DNA of 64,000 bases from Microthyrium microscopicum. Its lineage: Eukaryota. Location of the stretch: NCBI GenBank assembly GCA_010405405.1, contig MU004233.1, positions 1,129,122 through 1,193,121 on the forward strand, given 5' to 3'. The translations under genes and the position numbers were made by a program. The first letter of the stretch is position 1. The number at the start of each line of letters is the position of its first letter. This document shows positions 13,501 through 27,870 of the stretch, one piece after another. The notes under the pieces are model-generated. The model had not been told where the DNA came from. It made no database searches and saw only the letters and a list, made by a program, of their open reading frames with translations.

Positions 13501-16500
13501 TGGAGAAAAATGTCCCAAGAGGCAATCACAACTTTGGCGTTTTGTAAAGCTTCGATCGAGCAGGCCTCAAGTTCATCAACACTATTGATCAGAATGATGT
13601 TATTGTTTCGAGGCTTTGGTGCTTTGCTTTTGGCTCCTTTACCAGCAGGTTGGTAATGAAGTCCAGACCCTACGGACATGAACTTGTTGAACTCGTCTGC
13701 CCATTGACGAGCTAGATGGCCAGGTACAAGAATGAGAGTCGCGGCCGTCTTGAGTAAGTCCGTCTTCTCCGTTGGGAATTGATCGGTGATCCATTTGGCA
13801 GAGTTTAGCCTATTCCGCCTTTCTGCTTCCTCGAAGTCGGAGCTAATCAGTGCAATGCTGACAGCAGTTTTGCCAAAAGAAGGAGGATCCGCTAGAATAC
13901 CACCTTTGACTAGAACATTGTACTGAGCTCTCACATCGAGCTTCAGGCCGATGTCCCTCAGCCAAGCCTCTTCAACTTCCTGGCAGGTGAAATGGCAGCC
14001 GCCAAGGAGTTCGCGTTTCTTCATCCACGAAAGAGCTCGTAATTGGTCTGCACGTAGCTTACAATTTCCACCATTAGTCCAAAGGTTCGGTTCAGACGCC
14101 CTTGCTTCATTGTCGGTGTTTTTGAATACAAACTCATTGAACCTGAATCGAGCAGGCTCGATTACATGACTGAGGCGCCATTGGACTTTGTACGTGCTTG
14201 TATCGGTATCGTGATTAGAAGAACAGTTGGTAATAGCGCGGTGTATCATAGATTGAAGTCCAAAACTCACGCGTAGCTCTTCTGAGTCTTTAGAGATTCG
14301 ATGCAGCTTCGGGCGGTTCCGCATTGCCTTTTCAAGCTCGGTGCCTTTCATATGTAGCTTCATGCCGCCAGTGAAGTGGGCATCTTCACCGATGGGGACG
14401 CACATTCGGCAGACACGAGTTTCATAGTCGCCGAGTTCTATCCACTGCTGAGACGTGGTAAGCGAGAACGAGTTCTTGAGCAAGGCCAATTCTAGTAGCT
14501 TCATCTTTCGCGCATGTTCGAGATTACTGAAAGCCTCTGGGAGCTTCATTATCATCATTTCGTGCATCTCGTGGCAAGATGCCTCTGTAGTCAACAAGTT
14601 GCTGATTTGCTCACCTCCCAAAGTCAAGATTTGGAGACTGCAGCGCTCGAGGATAAGCTCAAACCGCTGTTCAGGCAAGATTGTCCTAGGAAAAACCACG
14701 GAAGAGTCAGACAAGGACTTGGACAACTCTGACGGCTGCCATACCCTCCACTTCGGAGATACTTTGGCTATGATGCGCCGCGGTTCGGACTTTTTCAAAA
14801 TCGTGCACGAAGACGCAAAGACAAAGTGGTCGTTGGACGTGTGGTTGATAGGGTGCTGATCTAGAAACAGGTATACTTTCTGGCAATCTGTTTTGGATTC
14901 TTTGCAAAACAGGCTTTCTGTTGCCGTCCCACAATGTTCCAGATGCCTGTAGGTGCCTGAGATCATTGACATTCGGCTTACCACGTCTGGGGATGGTGGA
15001 TGATCCGGAGGTGCAGATACTTGAATCTTGAGCTTTGGAGGGCCTTGAATACTAACCAATCTAGGTACACCTAGCTTGGAGTGCCACCAAGGTTTGAGGT
15101 CGCCAATTGGCGTCAAAGTGATCGGGATCTCCGTTTCTTCGGAGCTATGAACGTTCCATTCTAACCTGTGCAAATCAAAAGGACAATGAATCAAGCTCGC
15201 TGAAGCGATGGGAACTTGCAAAATTTCTCTGGCCTTATCGCTCACACTCCAATCAGACTTCGGCAATAGTCGGATTTCCCAGGTAAAGGTATCTTTCGTT
15301 ATCGTAAGAGACAGTGTGGCATTACCGGTGTTCGAAAGCCAGGTGACTTTCCAGTGCGGATCTCGCATCACTGAATCAAAGTAGAAGTTCTGCTGCTTGA
15401 AGATTTCTGTTTCTAGCATTGATCGCAGGTCCTTCAAATTGCAACCCTTGTAGCAGTCTTTCAATACGGCGGTGGTGCTTTTGGAGGTCCTCAGCGAAAT
15501 TACTGGTGGTATATGTGGTGCGAGCAAATACAAGAAGGTTGTGGGAAAGCCCCTCTCTACCGGTTGACGACGATCAAACACATGTTCAATATTGCCTTCA
15601 CAGTCTGCACAGATTGTATGATCGCACTCAGCACAGCGATAGATCGGGCTCGGGGCTAGCCCGTTGTAGCCATCGCATAGACACTTCTTGTCAGAAATGT
15701 CGCCGTGTTTCTTGATTCGATCCGATAGATTTGCGGTTGGTCGCGAAGTTTCTACTTCGACTATATGTCCACCACGCATGGGCTTGATCTGATCGTGGAC
15801 CTGCTTTGGTAGATCGGGTGGCCGGCCGTTCCTGATGCTATTGTTTGGAAGACAGGTCTTTAGAGCACTAAGGATAACCGCGCCAACCACTGGACAAGTC
15901 ATGGCATTTCCAGCCATATCGCTCAAGTTTGTGTCAGACAAATTGGTCAAACGGAGTCCATCGGTTGTTATGCCTTGCAATCGAAGAGCCTCGAATCCAG
16001 TGATCATACGTCTCTGGTCAGACGCCCATGGTGTACCTTTAGGAGTAATACAGCCGGTAATCCCTCCAAAGGGTATGGTGGTCCCACCACGCTCCACGCT
16101 TTGGCTAATGTTATACACCAAAGCCTTGTAGGAATCGTCACCTTCCGTGTCCTTGGCCATGGTAAGATGTCTCGCCGACAGCAGATCCTTTTCGCGGGTA
16201 GGCCTTGAGAAAAAGCTTGCTGATGCATATTCAGGCTTGCGTCGTAAAAACGGAGATTTGATCCCGAGTTCATTGATAAGCCGCCAAACAGCGTGGCGTG
16301 ATCTATTTCTCTCCCATCCTTTGGAAGAAACTTTCTTCTCGGCATAATAGGATGCCAGAGCATTGGAGGCTGCCACTATCTCATCTGATGTAGCAAGAAA
16401 ATCAGAGACTGGAGAACTGGCAGGTCGCTGTAAAGCCTTGACTACTGCCGTGAAGGAGCTTCTCCAGTTATCACCCAATTGATCTTGGTCGAACTTCTTC

Positions 16501-17705
16501 ATACACAGAGCCAACATATAGGTTCGTTGTCGAGTCTGCGGTAGACCAAAATCCTTTGAATCCACGTCGATCTTCTGGGTTTCGTAACCAATGCCCCTGA
16601 AGTTGTCTTCGAAATCTCTCCAAACATCTGGATTCCTCACATTCTCCAAAATCACAATTGCAGGTTGCAGTACAAAGCAGTAATTTGTGACAGCATTAAA
16701 CGTCGTTGAAGACTCACCCAATTTTCGCTGGTTCAGGCTCTTGATCGTGCTTTTGTTGAGGCCGGAAAGGTCTTTACAAGAAGATCCGGCAATCAATATG
16801 TCAACATGAGGCCATTCAATCTCCTTCCCAAAACAGGTAGTGCTATACATAACTGTTAGCAAGCTATAAGGGCTAGAATCTGGAATCCCACTCACCCGAA
16901 AATTGTCTCATTTCTGCATTGCTGATCGGTTACATCCCTCATCAGCACCTTTGGTTTGAAGTTTGCTTGTATGTATGCCGCCTTGAAAGGCTCAATTTCA
17001 GCAGAAAACTCATGCACATATCGGATGTTGGATTGGCGGCATATCTCTTTCAAAGCGATAATCGGACTTTCTGTTCCGCTACACATTGTCCCAATTTTGA
17101 GGCAAGTTTCTGCTAAAACATCCTTCTTGAAGGATCCAAACTCTTTCATCTCTATGGCTCTTCCAACCAGGTCCACCAGAATTGACTTCGGGTCTGAGAG
17201 AGGAGGCAAATCTAAACGCAATTTGATTTTGGAAGGATCAGGGGCAGAATCATCAGAGAATCGTTGATCGTCGTTAGTGGGCGAGGTCTAGATCTCTATT
17301 AGCGAATCGGCATCAAAATATATTAAGGTCAAGATAGAGATGAAGTCATTGACGCCAGTACACTCATAGAATGTAGTATGTTGAGGGTACAAATTGGCCA
17401 GGCACAATATCTTTATATGCTTGCGACTGGCAGAGAGGTTTTCAATTTCGAGTGCGAGTGGGAAAGGTTGTACATACAATCTCATGATTCGACATGGAAG
17501 AATTACGGGCGGTAACCGAAGGCTGAGCTTTCTTTCCAGTTGAAGAAGATGCTCGAGTAGCGGTCCCACCACCAGTATGAACAGCTTGGCCTGAACTGTA
17601 GTTGGAACTTGATGGTCGAAACATAGAGTCCAGATCGGCAGTTTGCGAAACTTCGATAGGATATTCTTTCTTTCGTTCCTTTTTCGAACGTTCGCGACCA
17701 GACAT
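10527..17705 (-). CDS. DNMT5: DNMT5-type C5 DNA methyltransferase fused to RING finger and SNF2 ATPase (~2300 aa)
   Basis: MTase motifs TMCSGTESP (I), SAEIEPFK (II), AGSSCKDLS (IV), ILENV (VI), PQTRQR (VIII), AGNAM (X). SNF2 motifs GGILADPPSFGKT, LIVDEF, LLSGTP, GSNLT, QAIGRVVRTGQ. RING CTSC...CGHIICPHC...CPARGC. Intron 16843-16895 plus probable 5' introns; start at 17705 is tentative. Confidence 0.88.
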
Positions 17706-18986
17706 TATGCAAACAGAGAGTGGAAGAGTTCTTGGGCAAACCTGCGACAGATTGTAAGAAGGCACAAAAGATTTTTGTAACAACTATAATCGGCCAATTT
17801 GATGTGCCTGAAAAAGTTGGAAATTTCAGGAAGTTGATGAGAGGAAGAGTTGGAAATATAGGGACCACGAATAAAGTCAAGCTGGAGACCTCCATTTCGA
17901 AGGAATATGTTATAGCAAGCGACATCAATATGAGTGCTTGGTATAGGACAATAATCTGCCTCTTCCAGCATTACCGCATGCTAAGGGACGAAGGGAAACC
18001 GGACGGCAATCATGTTACCGCAGGGAAAGCAGCAAGCAGAAATATAGCACATAGCTTCCAGCCAGTAGCCACAGCGCATTGGTTTTCAACAGTGGAGAGC
18101 TTTAAAGGCTCAAATTCGTAGTCTCGCATGCCAAAACTCAGCCATTGTCTAGTGACAATCTCGATCATCCACAATGCTGTATGTATGTGCCATCATTTAC
18201 CTGTTAAGTCAAGCGACAACTATCGAACGATTTTGCTGGCATCTTTGTATTTCGACTGATAAGCCCAGAAATGCCGAATTTCTCGCATCTCATGAGTGGT
18301 TTGCATGGAAAAATCCGCCGTGAAGCACAGAAACATGAACGAACTAGTCAGCGAGCTCGACAATTGGCATCCGTACACCCTAGTTGTTTGTCAGTCGTCT
18401 TCCAGCTTGTCCTCTTGTTGATTTTTGATCATATAAGCAATAGTGCATCCAATCAACAAATTGCTAGCTACTTGACATTGATTTGTCAAGAGACCACCGT
18501 TACCAAGATTCCCTAGCTCTAGCGGTTCTATCGATATGTCCATAGTGAACATCGTGTCAATTTGGCATACGTTATAGGGACTACTTGCCTGGGTAAGATG
18601 AGGCTATGACCAGTTCTCTAGGTATGTTGTCGCCAGAAGTGTCAGGTACTACAAGAACAGAGAAATAAATCACAAAGTCACAACGCAAGTCAAGCAAAGC
18701 TGAAGCAATGCGAGATGAATATCATTGATCGCGTGGTGTAGTTGGAAGCGGCGATTGCTCATTGGCTACGCGTATCAGGGGGCAGAAAACTGGAGGTCCG
18801 TGCAGTGAGCGGCTTTCTTCCGCTTTCGCGTTTTTGCTCCACGACTCAAATTGAGACTTTCTCAGAGTTGTTTAACGATATCATCTGTGGGCATTTGATT
18901 TTGCACTACTCTTTGACTTCATCGAGTCGCACTTGACCAGCTACCTCGCTATCGCTTTGCCGGACAGTTTAAGCTGCTCCACAGTC

Positions 18987-19989
18987 ATGGCCAACTCCAA
19001 CCCATATGATGATCTCCTAACCTCGACATCAGGCGATATAGTATGAGTTGTCTGCTTACGCACATGATGCACTTGAGCTAAAGTTTCAGAGCGCCATACA
19101 AAGATTCTACCATGCTCATCGCACCAATCGCAACGCCCAGCAGAAGGCCAAGCTGCTGGATCCCGCCTTCTCAGCCTTTGCTATAGACGATATCCTTAGG
19201 AAGCTTACGGATCCAATTGACTTCCCAAACTTCGAGGATCCAAGGTATTGTCTTGTGCTCTGGGCGCGGCCCACATCAGAGGTCAAGCAGCTGGCATCAA
19301 CCATACAACAAAAATTGATTGCAGAGTTTCCAAGTATGCAATTAAAGTTTCCTTTGGTAATGCGATATTGACAATTGCCAGACTTGTGGCTCATGCCATT
19401 AGAAAACATGCATACGACAAGCATGGAAGTCACGCACTCCAGGACGCGAGAGGAAATTGAAGCGATTGTTGACAAATTCAACCATGCTATTCCAGACATC
19501 ACCGACTATACTAGCAATCATAGATCTCGGCTCACTAAACCTTTGCTTGGCTTCGATTCACAGGCAATTGCCTTGAGCTTTTTACCCGCTGCGGGGGAAG
19601 GACTGAAAGATGGCAGAACTGCAGAAGACGACTCGTACTCGTATCATCACCTACGTCGTGACTTGTTTGGCTTGTGTGACAAGGCTGGTGTTGATGTGCA
19701 AAGTCGTTATGTTCTCCCTACGGCCCATTTGACCCTTGGTCGATTCATCAACGGAAACGATTTTCGCGATAGTCCTGAGGGGTCCTTGAATCACGAGAGA
19801 GTTGCGGATCTGGTTGCGACTGTGGAGAGCATCAACAACTGGTTGGAGGCGGAATACTGGCCTAGCGACGACGGAGGCATCAAACCAGGTGGGCAATGGA
19901 TTGTTGGAGAAGGCAAAGGTCTCGATTGTAGAGAAGGTCAGGTATGGTATGGCGGAGGACGATCCATTCACGTAGGCCGTGGTTCTTGA
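18987..19989 (+). CDS. 2H phosphoesterase-fold protein (RNA ligase/cyclic nucleotide phosphodiesterase-like fungal family); 3 exons
   Basis: ATG at 18987; introns ~19041-19089 and ~19334-19381. Two HxT motifs (MHTT, AHLTLGRF). DPRYCLVLWARP and C-terminal WYGGG are typical of this family. Confidence 0.75.
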
Positions 19990-20296
19990 CGAAAGTTCTG
20001 CATGGAAATACAACCACGTCTATCAGACATGATTCCTTCCGTCCGGAGCTGCAGGTAGATTTTATACTTAAGTAGTGACATATGGCGTAAAAATATAAAC
20101 ATACTAAGCTCGTTGCCACTTTTAAGCATAAACTCCCCGAATCGGCTGGATACGGAGCTAACTAATCCTCGCATTCCTCCGCATTTATCTTACCTAAACT
20201 CTTTGCCACTTGAGTCACAATTCGACGACAACGTTCTTTACAGACAAAAATACAGTTTCGCTATGATTAGTGTACCATAAAGTGAATTTTTTGAAC

Positions 20297-21898
20297 ATGG
20301 GTGACATAACTTCTAGTCAATCGCGGCAGGTGCAGGTGGAAGGGACAAAGGACAAAGAAATAAAACCTACGCTCTCAAAACGCATCACTAACATTGCTGC
20401 GAATGGGACTTCGAAAATGGCGACTGGTGTAGACCCTGCTGCAAATAAATCTGGAGATGTATAGTTGAGGCAATATACAAGAATAGAAGTAGATCGACTG
20501 ACTGCCTGCCACAGATACCCTCGCAAAGATTAACAGGCCCAGCGAAATACAACTCGGGATGGAGATATCTCGTACGCAACTTCACCCCATCGTAAGCTCA
20601 ATATCAGACACGTCAGTTCTGGATATACATTCTGACATTTTCTCAAAGATGGTTCGCGGTGACTATGGGCACAGGAGTCGTCTCCGTACTTCTACACCAA
20701 ATCCCCTACGAAAGTCCAGTCCTATACTACGCCTCGATAGTATTCTTCATCCTTAATACCATTCTTTTCACCATAGCACTAACCATATCCATCCTACGCT
20801 ACACTCTCTATCCTGCGATATGGGGAGTAATGGTACGTGACCCAGCAAACTCACTATTCCTCGGCACCATACCAATGGGTTTCGCAACACTCATTCTCTG
20901 CTGGATAAACATCTGCGTACCACTCTGGGGCGACTGGGCCAAGACAGTTGCTTTCGTCGCCTGGATAGTCGACGCTGTGGTTTCCGTGATTGCTACACTT
21001 GGTCTCCCCATGATGCTGTGAGTGGAAACCCCCCAGGCATTTCAACTCATGTATTGACAGTGCTAGGATGTCTCACGACGACATACATAGCCTAGATCGC
21101 ATCAATGCTGCTCAACTACTCCCGATTGCGGCAACGGTCGTAGCATCAGGCATCGGCGCCAAAGTAGCCTCCATTATGATAGACGAACAAGTCGTCCTCG
21201 GTACGGTAATCACTTGCTATATCCTCTGGGGCTTGAGTATACCATTCGCATTCATGATCTTCGTGATATACTACCACCGGCTGGCGCTACATAAGCTGCC
21301 GCCTCGCGAAGTCATTGTGAGCGCCTTCCTCCCACTCGGTCCATGCGGGTATAGCGCAAATATGTAAGTTCCACCGATCTTATATCTGACGACATACTAA
21401 AGATGATAGTCTTATGATGCTCGGACAAGTATGTCGAGTAACACTCCCGAAGACACAGACACTCAACAACTCCCTCGCAGGCGAAGTAGCTCACGCCGGT
21501 GGATTCTTCGTGGGGCTAATCATCTGGTCCTTTGGACTGTTGTGGTTTTTCTTCGCACTGGCGGCTATATACCGCAGTCGACCGATTCCATTCAACATGG
21601 GGTGGTGGGGTTTCACGTTCCCACTGGGAGTATATGCGAATTGCACACTACAAATTGGCCAGCAGCTGCCTTCGAGGTTCTTTCGTGTGTTGGGAACAGT
21701 GAGTTGACTTTTCTGATTTTTCGATAACCAAGCTGACGAGTGAAGATATTTGCAATAGCGGTGTTCTTGCTTTGGATTGTGGTCGCTGCCGGAACGGTGA
21801 AAGGCGCCTTGTCCAAGAAGCTCTTCTTTGCACCTTGTTTAGCAAATTTGAAGAAAGAAGAAGAGTCTGAATCTGATGGCAGTAGTAAGGCGGCCTGA
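20297..21898 (+). CDS. SSU1: TDT/SLAC1-family transporter (sulfite efflux pump Ssu1 / C4-dicarboxylate transporter); multi-exon
   Basis: RNFTPS-WFAVTMGTG, SLFLGTIPMGFAT, LPPREVIVSAFLPLGP, PFNMGWWGFTFPLG and LFFAPC, with many transmembrane segments. Start codon uncertain (20297 or 20417). Confidence 0.85.
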
Positions 21899-22165
21899 AA
21901 GTTCAGCTTGGTTGTAGTAGTTGTATGGAACCTATAAAATCATTAAAGCGATACCCTATTAATAGCATCAAAATGATATCACGATTCAGGAACGCGGGTA
22001 CAGCGTGAGATTGTTTCAGAGTCCTGTTCATTGGTCTCTATTCTTTTTGTTCCAGCATACATGCATAACAAGGAATGCCAGAAGAAAGCAAAGTCCGTAC
22101 CCACGCCAATAAACCGATGGTGCATGAACAAAATCTCTTCACAACTCCCTTCAAGTCTACAACGC

Positions 22166-23061
22166 TTATTTCTCTTCCTCTTCTCCCTCGAGAGCCGAAC
22201 GCTTCTGCTCTTGTCGTTCCTGTCGTCTCTCGCGGGCAGCCTTGGTCTTTGCTCGCTTGGCGTCCATTTCCTCCTTGAGGACACGCTCGCGTGCCTTCTC
22301 GGCCTTGGCCTTGTGAATCTGCAATACTCGTCAGCATCAAACAGAGATATGATTGCATTGTGGCAAACTTACGTGCTCAACGAGGGCACGCTTGTGCTTG
22401 AAGGTGTTACCCTTGGAGAGATGGTAGAGTTCGTGGTAAAGGTGCTTATCGATCTTGCCACTGGCGCGATACTTTACGAGAAGACGTCGGAGAACACGAA
22501 GACGACGCATCCAAAGAACTTGGCTGTAGAAGAGTTCCGTCAGCATTTATCCAATGTATTTCCATCGCCATTGAGCGTCCATTGTGATCCCGATACCGTC
22601 CCACCAATCATAGCGTCATCACATACCTAGGCATTCTTGCGTCCTTTGCACCCTTTCTCTTACCAAAACCTCTATGACGTCCGATCCGTCGGGCTTGGTT
22701 TAGGTCACGGGCACGAGCGCGCGAGTGCATGGTGACTGGCTTCTTGATAATGAGGCCATCTTTGGCGAGCTTGCGGATGGTTTGACGGGAGTTGGCGGAC
22801 GAGATTTCGGTAACTTCATTGGGATCGAGCCAGATCTTGCGCTTGCCGCAGTGGAGGACGGAAGCCGCGAGGCGCTTTTGGGTGGTGAGGTTGACCCTAT
22901 ACAAGAATTGTGGTCAGTGGTTGAATCTTTATCGCATTGAATGGAGTTTGAAGGGGAATGCGAGGGAGGGTGTTGCAGGACTCTGGAGGTCCAACAAACT
23001 ATTTTCGAAGGATTGTATGCATCGTAGGAATGCATTTCTGCATAGAGGGAAATTCTTACAT
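22166..23061 (-). CDS. RPL19: 60S ribosomal protein L19 (eL19); 4 exons
   Basis: [38 protein letters not shown] and [19 protein letters not shown]. The start codon is split AT|G by the first intron. Confidence 0.97.
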
Positions 23062-23414
23062 CTTGGCTTGATGGTCTTGGGATGGTGTTCGTCGTCGGCG
23101 ATGTAGATAGAATTGTGTTTGGTGGCACTGGAAGCTGGTGGGATGGCGGCTCCCGGAAAAACTATTGACCGAAGAGGAAAAGCGATGTCTGGCTGATCCT
23201 TCCTTTTTGGGACACCTCCTAAACCTTGCCAACCTTGAACCTTTTCAACTTTGATGTTCATAAGAGATGCTTTTGTTTTACAATTAATTTTATATGTATA
23301 TTTTACACTATGTACTGATTATGTTTGCGCAACATGCGCTCATTATTCACATTCATGTTGATTACATGGCTCCTCCCAAACGCCTTGCAAAATCTTCGCT
23401 AAAACCAATCCCAA

Positions 23415-25509
23415 TTATCGATTGACCACCCTCAAACTCCTCCTTGGATGCAACAGAACTCCCCAGTAGCTCGGCTCGAACTCGTTTGAATGCTCGGGCT
23501 CATCTCCTCCATCAGTATTTGGCTCCCAAACTCCAGGTGGCGCATATCCGCTGCCTGAATTTGTAGACCGATGCTCTGCTGGTCCTGAATGAGTCGAATC
23601 TCCGCCCCATCGCGAACCTTCCGTACTCGTCTTATTTCTGCCTGCCAACCAGCCGACTCGATGCCATGCGCCAACAATGCCTCGTTCCTCGGAATATGGA
23701 GCTGGCGTTTGCATACTTGGATGATCCCCAATCGCGGCGACATGTGCTTTGTACAAACCGAGCTGCTTTCTATATAGCAAAGCACAGAATGCGAGGTAGC
23801 CTGCTACTATGGCGAGCACTCCAGCGACAGATCCGGCTACTGCTGCTCCAACATTCGTCCCGGAATGACCAGATGATCCAGAAGAGCCAGAAGAAGTCTC
23901 GGTGATGGTAGCGCCATTGGCTCCAGTCACCGTGTACGTATATGGTTTCCCAGTGGCAAAGGGTGCGACCGCTGTCGCAACAGGAGCCGTGATCGTGGCA
24001 CCTCCTGTGGGCGAGCCCCCAATCTGCTTATAGACTACCTCTGGAACTGCATACCCGTAACTTCCATCCAAACCGGACTTCTCAGATGCACCTTTCTGAG
24101 CCGCTTGTTGCGAGAAAGGGTTATCTTTGAGCCCACCTGAGAGTGAATTGAACGAGTTTTGCCATTTGAGCGAGCTCGTGTTGAAAACGTATACGCCCGG
24201 ACTCTCACAAGATATGGACTTGTCGATGTAACCCCCGACGACCACCATTTGGCTGTCCCAGACATCACAAGTATGCCCGGCTCGTCCGTATGGTACTGAC
24301 TGACCACTCATGTCAACCTTGATCCAGGAAAACGAAGGAACACTTAAGATCCACATGTCGTTGTATTGTGTTTGGTTACCAGCAGGAATCAGATTCTGCC
24401 CGCCGAACATGTAAACCTGATAACTCGAACCGCTAATGGATGTTAGTTGTCAATTGCTAATGTCAATGTATAGAATACTTACTCTGCAGCGCCAACGACC
24501 ACAGCACAAGGATTCACTCGGATCTCTGGCGTAGGCCCACTCGTGGACTGGCGATACCACTGGGAATTCGCAATGTCGTAAACATCGACCTCATTCATCT
24601 GAGTAAAAGTGTCGTTGGTGCCGCCAGCCAGACTGAGAATAATTCCATCCTTTCCCCATCCCGGGACCCAGGCTAATAGACCATCTGCTCGTTCAGTAAA
24701 GCCGGCAGTGTCTTGAATTCCAGCGTTTGTTATGTTTCTCCAGGCGCCGTCCGAGCCAGCTGCTGTGCTATGCAAACTGTCCACTCCACTATTCGTATAC
24801 CCTGGAAATGTGAACTCAACGAACGAACGAAGATAAGATCTCGTAACCTGTACTGTCCAGTCAGGTGTTGTAAACGCGTCCAAATGGCCTCCAAAGTACC
24901 ACCCTCTTCCCAATGCCGGCACACTAAACCCTGCTCCCTCTGCCGCCCGTTGTATGGTCTGACCGGCCGCCTCGGAATTTGTCCCAGCGGACGACGTTGG
25001 GTTCGCATGCGAAACCCATGATGATGACTTTATCTTGTATTCCCAGAGCGAAAATGGATCTGGCTTGGCCGCAGGCGTGTCCGAGTACTCCCCGCCGTAG
25101 AGGAACAGAGAATCGTATGAACTCCAAAGGTAGCCATTCGCTACAGCTGGTGGACCAGATGGTTGTGGCAGGCCGACGAAGGGAGGGGATGATATTTGCC
25201 AGCTGCTCTTCAAATTGATGGACAGAAAGTCATTGTCTGCGAAAATGTCAGCCTGGCGGATTATGATTCGAGTCCTGGATACTTACTCCACGTATTGCTA
25301 TTCTGGGTTGATGAAGTGGTCGCTCGACCGCCATATAGGTAAAGCGTTCCGTTGACTATTGAGCTTTGCTGGCTCCATCTTTTGCACACGTCGGTGGGAC
25401 TATTGGCCCTTGCTTGTAATTGCGGCGAGGAACTTGTGCGCCGTTTTATTTGAAGACCTGCTGTAGGAGATATTTGCGCGAGTAGAAGTGCGATGAGTGC
25501 GATTTCCAT
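23415..25509 (-). CDS. Kelch/galactose-oxidase-like beta-propeller type I membrane protein; 3 exons
   Basis: Signal peptide MEIALIALLLAQISPTAG. Kelch-like GG repeats (LYLYGG, LFLYGG, WYFGG, YMFGG, VVVGG). Ser/Thr stalk, transmembrane AVAGSVAGVLAIVAGYLAFCALLY, and C-terminal LHPRRSLRVVNR. Confidence 0.85.
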
Positions 25510-27304
25510 TGCGCTGGAGCAACGAGTGCGCCGCGTATCGATCTCGAACTGCCGCACCTTTCGTATGCTGTATGTACGTTCAGATTGTAGCCCCTCCTCA
25601 ATTTTCGCTATCGGCGACTGGGATCTTCTCCGCGGTCCTCAATAGTGCTGGACTGGTGTGGAAGTGTCGAAGTTTAGGATGATCGCGCAAGCTTCGTCGT
25701 CATAGAGCCCGATTTTGCGGAAGATAGACGACCTTCGTGGCGTTGTCTTGAAATTGTCGCGGGAAATATGTACAATTGAGTTAATCATCAAACATTAAGA
25801 GTAAGTTGGTTTATGATCTCAAAATAATGACAAGACACGCTAGAAGGAGCCAATGGTTTCCTTCATTAACTAAGGCCCCAATGGTTGATGAACTGGTGGC
25901 GACTCGGAACAGCGACTTTCCGACTCATAGGCACTGCAAAGGGTTTGTATGGGGCCTATGGGCAGTGCATATGAAAACGAGAAGTGATTTTCACACGGGT
26001 GGACGGACACCGAAAAGAACAGCTCTCGAGGCAAGACTACGTCTATCAAATTGACCGAGCTGTACGAAAGACAACGCTTCGAATGCAAACAATGGTGGCG
26101 GTGATTAGCTTCCCTCCCAGCCGCATTTAAAGCTCCAATGATACTGATATCAATTGCATACACGTTCTAATCCAGCGAAACCAGTGCGGCGCCAAACGTG
26201 GTCATTGGAATATCCAGCGTATCATGCATGGCAATGGTTGTTGGAACAGGGATATAAATCCGGTTTAGAGGCGAGAACTGCATGTTTTACACACTAACCG
26301 ACCTGTCAAATGTCATTACAGGGCCGAGACTCGTTGTATTTCCTGGGACCCAGAATCCCGGACACAAATAACGGCTTTTCTGTTCTTTTCCATCATGACA
26401 TGATATCCATGGTGCCTGGTTGGTGGTCATGATCCCATACGTCATGTTGATAGTGGATCATCCAACACATGGGTCTGACTGGATGTCATTTCTCCACAAA
26501 CCGTTATTAAACGGGCCGTTGCTGCAACCTTGTAAGTTGTCACTGTGCGGCTGCAGTTTCTAGCGAGAAATATGTTGCGTTGTTCTGGTGTTTACTTGCT
26601 TTTGCTGATCCTGACTGAACATGGTTTTACTGTCGAAAAGGTTTTGGACGTCCAGCGAATGTTACCATTACAAGTCTAGCCAAGATGAGGAAGGGCCAAT
26701 CTACACACAATACTTGAAAGAGTATCCAACAGCGACTTAGCGAGGTTGTAGCGATCGGTATTGCAACAAGGCATTCGATCGATACCAAAAGCCATAGAGA
26801 TTTTCTGATATGAAAAGTTGAAGATAGAGTACGAGTGATAACCTGTAGTTGAAGAATTGGAGAGGCGATGAATCAAGTGTAACATTACACAATCTACAAT
26901 AAGACTTTGAAGACCGTACAGGCAAGCGATAGTTACACGGAAGCCACCTTCTTGCATAATTCAGCTGTTCACTACCTCTTGTTGACAGGTCTTACTCTAT
27001 TGTACTATACTCTGAATAAGTGAGTTTTCCAACGCTGGTATCCATACTTGAACGGGAGATGAATTGAAATAGTGAAGCTCAGGGTAAACGCAAGAGATTT
27101 ATTCTTCAGTGAAATAACCTCAACCCATCAGATTTCATATCACGCAGTTACTAGTTCAGGTACAACTACAATATCTCATCCAACGCTGGAGCACGAGTTT
27201 GAATTTCCCAACTCTCAATACTCTCCAACCTATCTCAAACATCCATTCTATTCCAAAATACTCTGAATAACGCATTGGGGCCGCCGCGCGTGATTGAAAG
27301 CAAG

Positions 27305-27870
27305 ATGGCGCCACGTGCATCTCTCATGGGTAAGTAAGGTTTCCAGTGTACACCCTCGATCGCAGTTTTTGCCCATTCTTACGAAGGAACGCAAGAATTA
27401 AACACTAGCAGTCGATTCGAACATACCACTTCACCAAGACGTAACACTGACCTTTCCCAGGTCTGCCTCTCGAGTTGCAGTACATGATAATCGACGAGCT
27501 CGAATTCCCTGAGAACATCTACCTCAAAATGACATGCCGTCACTTCAACTTCATCGTCAAACCTCTCACCTCGGCGCAACTCATTCAGGCCGAGAACACG
27601 CAGTTCGCCAAGAGTAGACACATCTACGCCTGCCAGCATTGTCTTCGTATGCGATCGGAGCACTACTTCGATGATATTATGCGGATTTGGACGACATCTG
27701 GAATACTCTTACCAATCCAGAATAGGCATTGCGTTGAATGTCATATTGAACCTGGAGCTTGGCAGTACCTTAAGGGTCGACTGGATTGGTGGTGCATCTC
27801 ATGCGGCCAAGGAGGACGATCTTCGGAATCTTCATCCTTGGTGGAAGGGAAAAGTGAACGTTTGGGATAG
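27305..27870 (+). CDS. Small F-box domain protein with Cys-rich C-terminus
   Basis: Exon MAPRASLM|G with intron 27330-27460 joins LPLELQYMIIDELEFPENIYLKMTCRHF (F-box). Followed by CxxC motifs ACQHC, HCVEC and WCISC. Confidence 0.75.

Noticed and set aside
17720..18516. Plus-strand ORFs upstream of DNMT5
   Set aside because: No protein-like features or splice structure; likely promoter or UTR sequence.
22031..22630. 199-aa plus-strand ORF
   Set aside because: Antisense to RPL19, a common artefact for ribosomal protein genes.
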